A stretch of 63,518 bases of DNA, filler included, from Thermoplasmatota archaeon (GTDB lineage Archaea > Thermoplasmatota > E2 > JACPAO01 > JAHFTW01), in assembly GCA_041623215.1 (NCBI GenBank). It is 13 parts of 13 records of this genome, joined end to end, with 100 filler letters (N's around TTAATTAATTAA, not from the genome) between each part and the next. Parts side by side here need not be neighbours in the genome. Positions count along the whole stretch, not along the records: positions 58,889 to 63,518 come from JBFJXH010000146.1; 12 more parts are not named here. One strand, written 5' to 3'. The notes beneath the pieces are model-generated. The model did not search any database. It had not been told where the DNA came from and saw only the letters and a list, made by a program, of their open reading frames with translations. Positions 58,889 through 63,518 of the stretch are shown here, in pieces. Position 1 is the stretch's first letter, and every line of letters starts with the position of its first letter. Made by a program: the position numbers and the translations under genes.

Positions 58889-59159
58889 CGCGCTCATGCG
58901 GCAACGCCTCGAGGTTGCTGGCCGCCAGAGCCTCAACGGCGGCCCGGTAGCTAGACACAATCTGCGGGTGGTCGATGCTCAGCGTTGCCAGGCCTGCCCG
59001 CAGCCGAGCTTCGTGGGCGCCCGCCAAGAACACCTTCCCTTGCGCCGCACGCAACGTTTCAAACACGCCGTCCCCGAGCAAGTGGCCACGATCTGCCAAG
59101 GGAACCGTTGCCTGACTCAAAGGCTCTAGGGCCCCATCACGCCAGGCAATCGCAGTCAC
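58889..59159 (-). CDS. pabC: class IV aminotransferase / 4-amino-4-deoxychorismate lyase, 3' truncated
   Basis: DRGHLLGDGVFETLR, HEARL; coupled to pabBA. Confidence 0.8.
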
Positions 59160-61288
59160 AGGCCAAGGAAGGCGGCCATGACTTGAAGCCCCTGCGGCGT
59201 AGCAATCGATTCGGGATGGAACTGTAGGCCCCAGTGCGGGCGCTCACAATGGCGCATGGCCATGAGCAAGCGATCTTCACTGCGGGTCCACGCAACCGGC
59301 ACCCACGCCTCCGGCAGCGTTTCTTTCTTGACCACTAGGCTGTGATACCGGGCCGCGACGAATGTCTGGGGTAGCGCCGCTAGTAGGGACGCAGTCTCGC
59401 CGGCCAGTTGGCCGACCGCCTCGTGCACATGCCCGGCGCGGTTGGCCGCCAAGCTAACCTGACCCAGGGCAGCCACCTGTGGCGTGCCGGCTTGAGTGAC
59501 CAGGTCGCTTCGGCCATGCATAGGCACCACGGCCTCAATGGTGGCACCACTAGCCAGGGCCATTGCCTGGTGCCCCAAGCACACGCCAAGCAACGGGCCC
59601 GGCCATTCACTGGCAATCTCCACGCTTGCCCCGCTGTCACGTGGATGCCCTGGGCCGGGACTGAGGATGATGTGTGTGGCCCACGCAGCGTCGCTACGCC
59701 ACGGTTTTGTGTTGCGAAGCACCTTGACTTCAGCTCCGAGCGCTGCGCAGTAGTCGGCTAAATTGTGCACGAAGGAATCGTAGTTGTCGATGAGAAGCAC
59801 GCGTTTGCCGCGACCAATCTCGGTAGGAAATGCCGATGGTCGCCACGAACCATGCGGCTCGACACTGCCGAGGCGTGTTGCGTTACCGCCCGCGATGCCC
59901 GTAGTTGCCGCCTGCAGAAGCGCCTCCGCCTTGCGGTTAGCTTCGACCCATTCGGCTTGCGGGTCGCTTTCGGCTACGATGCCGCTTCCAGCGTGGACCT
60001 CGGCCCAGGCCGTTTGCGCCTCGGGGCCACAGCCAAGTGAGGCTCCGGCGGGGGCCCCGGCAGATGCGGGCGGCCACCAGGTCAAGGTACGAATCAAGAT
60101 GTTCAAGGCGGCCGTTCCGTTGGCTGCGATGAAGCCGGCACTCCCAGTGTACGCGCCACGCTGGACTGGCTCGGCCTGCATGATGCGCTGCATGGCCCTG
60201 TGCTTGGGGGCACCGGTGATGGTGCCACCGGGAAACAGGGCGCGCACACAATCAGTAAAGGTGGCACTAGGCCGCAGACGGGCCTCGACACGACTGACGA
60301 GGTGCATGACGTGCCGATATCGTTCGACGCTCATTCGCTCGGGGACGTAGACCGTCCCTGGCGTGGCCACTTGGGCAATGTCATTTCGCACCAGATCCAC
60401 CAGCATGGTATGCTCAGCCTGTTCCTTCGGGTCGCTCAGGAGCTCCTGCTCGAGCAAATCGTCCTCTTCGCGTCCCTGACCACGGGACCGAGTTCCGGCG
60501 ATGGGGCGGGCACGAATACAGGCGGCTTCGGTCGCAAATAATTGCTCTGGACTGCCAGAAACAATCGTGCGGTCCTGCAATCGCAGGAGCGCCATGTAGG
60601 GACTCGGGTTGCCATCGCGAAGACGCTGGTACCACAGGGCGGGCGTTTCCCGAGACGACACCGGGCGTCGAAAGCGAGTGGCCAAGTTGGTTTGGAAATG
60701 GTCTCCGGCCACAATCAGGTGCTTGATTTGCTGGACACTAGCCACAAAGTCCGCTGCATCGAGGCTCGTGGACCAGGAATCCGTCCCCGGCTGCTGTTCG
60801 TCCGTCGGGCCCTTCCCAGATGGTTGCGCTTCGACCGCAGCCGGCCCGGTTTCGGCCAGCATTTCATCACTAATTCCATGCAACACCACGTGCTGGTCGT
60901 CCCAAACCGCGCCTGCCGCGTACAACGACCATTCACCGAGCGGCACATTCGGCCATTCGGTGGGTCGCGGCAAGTCCGTTTCGATAACGTGAGCCATTTC
61001 AAAATGGAATGTTCCGACCCACATGGGGAACCACCCGGCGCCCGAGGTCTCATCTAGGTGGTGCTGAAAGAGAGCCAGTGGGTCGCCCGGCTCAAAGTGG
61101 CCGTCGCAAACGACGCCGTCGGGCCGCAGCTGGATTGTCCGAACGGGATCACAGACCACGATACTTCGCTTTGCCTCGGGGTGGTCGCCACGCCCCTCCA
61201 GCAGCTGCGGTTGGCGGCCCGCGGCACCTAGCGCCTGCCAAAGCGCAAACGGGTCCTGCGCATGGGCAATCAGTCCCTTACTGGACAC
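59156..61288 (-). CDS. pabB: fused chorismate-binding enzyme and glutamine amidotransferase, probable ADC synthase (PabB-PabA order)
   Basis: NPSPYM, SPEQLF, RPIAGTR, KEQAEHTMLVDLVRND, PGGTITGAPK; then IDNYDSF, SPGPG, GVCLGHQ, RYHSL, QFHPES. Lies between folC and pabC. Confidence 0.85.
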   Translation of the reverse strand: MSSKGLIAHAQDPFALWQALGAAGRQPQLLEGRGDHPEAKRSIVVCDPVRTIQLRPDGVVCDGHFEPGDPLALFQHHLDETSGAGWFPMWVGTFHFEMAHVIETDLPRPTEWPNVPLGEWSLYAAGAVWDDQHVVLHGISDEMLAETGPAAVEAQPSGKGPTDEQQPGTDSWSTSLDAADFVASVQQIKHLIVAGDHFQTNLATRFRRPVSSRETPALWYQRLRDGNPSPYMALLRLQDRTIVSGSPEQLFATEAACIRARPIAGTRSRGQGREEDDLLEQELLSDPKEQAEHTMLVDLVRNDIAQVATPGTVYVPERMSVERYRHVMHLVSRVEARLRPSATFTDCVRALFPGGTITGAPKHRAMQRIMQAEPVQRGAYTGSAGFIAANGTAALNILIRTLTWWPPASAGAPAGASLGCGPEAQTAWAEVHAGSGIVAESDPQAEWVEANRKAEALLQAATTGIAGGNATRLGSVEPHGSWRPSAFPTEIGRGKRVLLIDNYDSFVHNLADYCAALGAEVKVLRNTKPWRSDAAWATHIILSPGPGHPRDSGASVEIASEWPGPLLGVCLGHQAMALASGATIEAVVPMHGRSDLVTQAGTPQVAALGQVSLAANRAGHVHEAVGQLAGETASLLAALPQTFVAARYHSLVVKKETLPEAWVPVAWTRSEDRLLMAMRHCERPHWGLQFHPESIATPQGLQVMAAFLGL

Positions 61289-62648
61289 CTTTGATTTCCT
61301 CCAGGGATTCGCCGGCCAGAATCGCCCGTGCCTCGCCGACCAAGAATAGGCTTCCTGCCACGACTACATGACTTGCCCCGGCCAAGGCAGCCGCATCCAA
61401 GGCGCTGGCGACGTCGCTATGCACCGTAACGGGGACCCATTCGCCATCTAAGTGAGCTGCTATGGCTGCCGGGTCGGCGCCGCGTGGCGATCGCAGGGGC
61501 ACGACGTGCACGTGGGCCGCGACGGGCCACCATGCGTCAAGACAAGGCTGCCACACCTTGTCTGCCATGAAGCCCACGATGAGGTGGAAACCAAAGAGAT
61601 CTGAATTGGCGAAGTGCTTGCGCAGGGCGTTGGCCGCATCGTCGTTGTGCGCGCCATCCAGAAGGACATTGACCAGCCGCCCATCGGGCGCTTCGTGCGA
61701 CATGGATTCTAGTCGGCCTGGGACCACCGTCGCCTGGAGGCCGCGCCCCAAGGCACCGTGGGGAATGTCATGGCCGTTGTCGCGCAGCGCCTGGACGGCT
61801 GCCACCACCAGGGCAGCATTGTGTAGTTGATGCTCGCCGGCGGCGGCCACTTCGTAGCGAGCTTCGCCATGCGGCGTCACGAGCAGCATGCCCCCAATGG
61901 TAGGAACGATACTGTAGTCGTCACTCAAAGGATGCAGGGGGGCATTGACGGCATTTGCCTGCAAACGTAGGACCTCCAAGGCCGGCCCCGTCGCGCCTGT
62001 GACACACGGAACCTGGGGTTTCAGGATGCCCGCTTTTTCGAAGGCGATGTCGCGGATGTCGTCTCCCAAGTAGGCTTGGTGGTCGATGCCCACATTCGTG
62101 ATGATGGAAACGTCCGGAGACATGACGTTGGTCGCGTCAAGCCTGCCCCCCATACCCGTTTCGACGACGATGGCCGTGCACTGGCTTCGTTGGAACCACC
62201 ATAGGGCTAGTGCCGTCACACATTCGAAGAAGGTGGGTGGCTGGCCTGCGGCGTCAAGTTCAGCCACTGCCTCGCGAAGGATGTCAACGCCGATTGCAAC
62301 GTCGGCCCGCGGAATTTCCGTGCCATCGACACGAACCCGTTCGGTAAAACGTGTCAGGTGCGGACTCGTTGTGAGCCCGACCTTGTAACCAGCCCCTTGC
62401 AGGGTAGCAGCCATCATTGCTGCGACGCTTCCCTTGCCATTGGTGCCAGCTATGTGTACGATTAATGGCCCGTCCGACGCCACGGCCATGTTGGCCAGCA
62501 GGCGCTCCATTTTTTCGAGACCCAGCTTGACGCCAAGCGCTTGGCGCCCCAGCAGCCAGGCTACGGCCGCGTCATAGGCGTCGTCGGCGTCGGCCCTAGG
62601 CAGCGCTGACGCTGCGTTGGTTTCTGTGGGCGACCTTGGCTCCTCCAC
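61278..62648 (-). CDS. folC: dihydrofolate synthase / folylpolyglutamate synthase
   Basis: HIAGTNGKGS, TSPHL, ETGMGGRLDATNV, IAFEKAGI, LDGAHN, GSLFLVGE. Confidence 0.95.
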   Translation of the reverse strand: MEEPRSPTETNAASALPRADADDAYDAAVAWLLGRQALGVKLGLEKMERLLANMAVASDGPLIVHIAGTNGKGSVAAMMAATLQGAGYKVGLTTSPHLTRFTERVRVDGTEIPRADVAIGVDILREAVAELDAAGQPPTFFECVTALALWWFQRSQCTAIVVETGMGGRLDATNVMSPDVSIITNVGIDHQAYLGDDIRDIAFEKAGILKPQVPCVTGATGPALEVLRLQANAVNAPLHPLSDDYSIVPTIGGMLLVTPHGEARYEVAAAGEHQLHNAALVVAAVQALRDNGHDIPHGALGRGLQATVVPGRLESMSHEAPDGRLVNVLLDGAHNDDAANALRKHFANSDLFGFHLIVGFMADKVWQPCLDAWWPVAAHVHVVPLRSPRGADPAAIAAHLDGEWVPVTVHSDVASALDAAALAGASHVVVAGSLFLVGEARAILAGESLEEIKGVQ

Positions 62649-62722
62649 GCGGCGGCCACGCCGCCAAGGGGTGAAAAAGCGGTGGGCCACAGGTCGCCCG
62701 GAGCCCGACCCGAATGGGACAA

Positions 62723-63403
62723 TCAATAGGCGACGGAATACAACGCGCCCGGAACCGGTGCGGGCGCATCAGGGTGTTGCGCCCACGAGGTCTTTGCTTC
62801 CAATACGGCCCTGCCTGCGTCCATGCGGACCTCGCCAGCCGCCACGAGGTCAACCGTTCGGGGCAGAATCTGATGCTCCAAGGCCAGCACCTTAGCAGCC
62901 AGCGATTCTTGGTCGTCGTCGGGAGCCACGGCGAGCGCTGCTTGCAGAATCATGGGCCCTCCATCGAGTTCTGCAGTTACGAAGTGCGTCGTGCAGCCGG
63001 CCAATCGGGCCCCGGCGGTAAGCGTGTCGCGAATTCCGTGAGCGCCTTTGAAAGAAGGCAACAACGCCGGGTGAATGTTGACCACGCGGCCTTTGAAGGC
63101 ATCCAAGAAGGTCGGCGTCAGAATGCGCATGAATCCGGCCAGAACAATGAGGTCAGGTTGTTCTAGCGCGACGGCCTCTCGGAGCCGCGCGTCGTAGGAT
63201 TCGCGTGGTTCGGACGGCTCCGCCGGCAAGGCCAGAGTCGCTGGAACGCCCAAGCTTTGGGCTTTGGCGAGGCAGGGTGCTTGCGGGCGGTCCGTCACCA
63301 AGAGGCGCACCTCGGCGTCAACCAAGCCAGACTGGCACTTCTCTACCAGGCTGACCATGTTGCTGCCCGAACCGCTTGCCAGGACGACCACTCGCAATGT
63401 CAA
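62723..63403 (-). CDS. purN: phosphoribosylglycinamide formyltransferase
   Basis: VLASGSGSN, LAGFMRIL, NIHPALLPSFKG, GCTTHFV...DGGP. TTG start chosen from promoter spacing. Confidence 0.95.
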   Translation of the reverse strand: MTLRVVVLASGSGSNMVSLVEKCQSGLVDAEVRLLVTDRPQAPCLAKAQSLGVPATLALPAEPSEPRESYDARLREAVALEQPDLIVLAGFMRILTPTFLDAFKGRVVNIHPALLPSFKGAHGIRDTLTAGARLAGCTTHFVTAELDGGPMILQAALAVAPDDDQESLAAKVLALEHQILPRTVDLVAAGEVRMDAGRAVLEAKTSWAQHPDAPAPVPGALYSVAY

Positions 63404-63518
63404 CGGGCCGGCGAGTTGGGGGCCGGGTTTCAAGGCTTGGACTAGCCAGCAACCGGCGGCGGACGCGACGGTCGGGCTGCGGACTGGATTGGGATCTGCC
63501 AAGCCTGGATTGCTATGA

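Noticed and set aside
59156..61288. Anthranilate synthase trpEG
   Set aside because: PIAGT fits, but the neighbours are folC and pabC with no trp genes. Kept only as an alternative.
1..63518. tRNA, rRNA, CRISPR arrays, transposases
   Set aside because: None recognised by eye; tRNAscan-SE and cmscan would be needed to exclude them fully.

Overview
This window is not one continuous locus. It holds 13 length-sorted contigs of about 4.6-5 kb, joined by artificial 100-nt N/TTAATTAATTAA spacers, so gene adjacency across spacers means nothing. The exception is a 141-nt exact overlap (58648-58788 = 39742-39882) that joins two contigs. The source is a high-GC archaeon, most likely Thermoplasmatota (inference from S15P/S13e, L10e, fused Kae1-Bud32, split GMP synthase, TrmB and double-HTH Lrp regulators, GrpE and an archaeal pilin). 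Most genes are housekeeping: threonine, purine, folate, aconitase, t6A and ribosomal. There are also many surface proteins and a roughly 9-kb accessory regulator/membrane-protein island. The best candidate for an undescribed system is a translationally coupled operon, tldD-pmbA-kinase1-kinase2 (34897-39558), in which both Ser/Thr kinases carry an N-terminal PqqD/RRE-like domain, suggesting peptide (RiPP) maturation. Other notable items: a degenerate EndoIV-like protein whose tandem C-terminal domain appears to recur twice in the divergent neighbouring gene; a type-C two-domain multicopper oxidase fused to a cupredoxin; a TGYRCA operator exactly 35 nt upstream of three genes next to tandem Lrp-like regulators; and several small ORFs missing from the ORF track. 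No rRNA, tRNA, CRISPR array or transposase was recognised. All family calls come from motif recognition by eye, not database searches.
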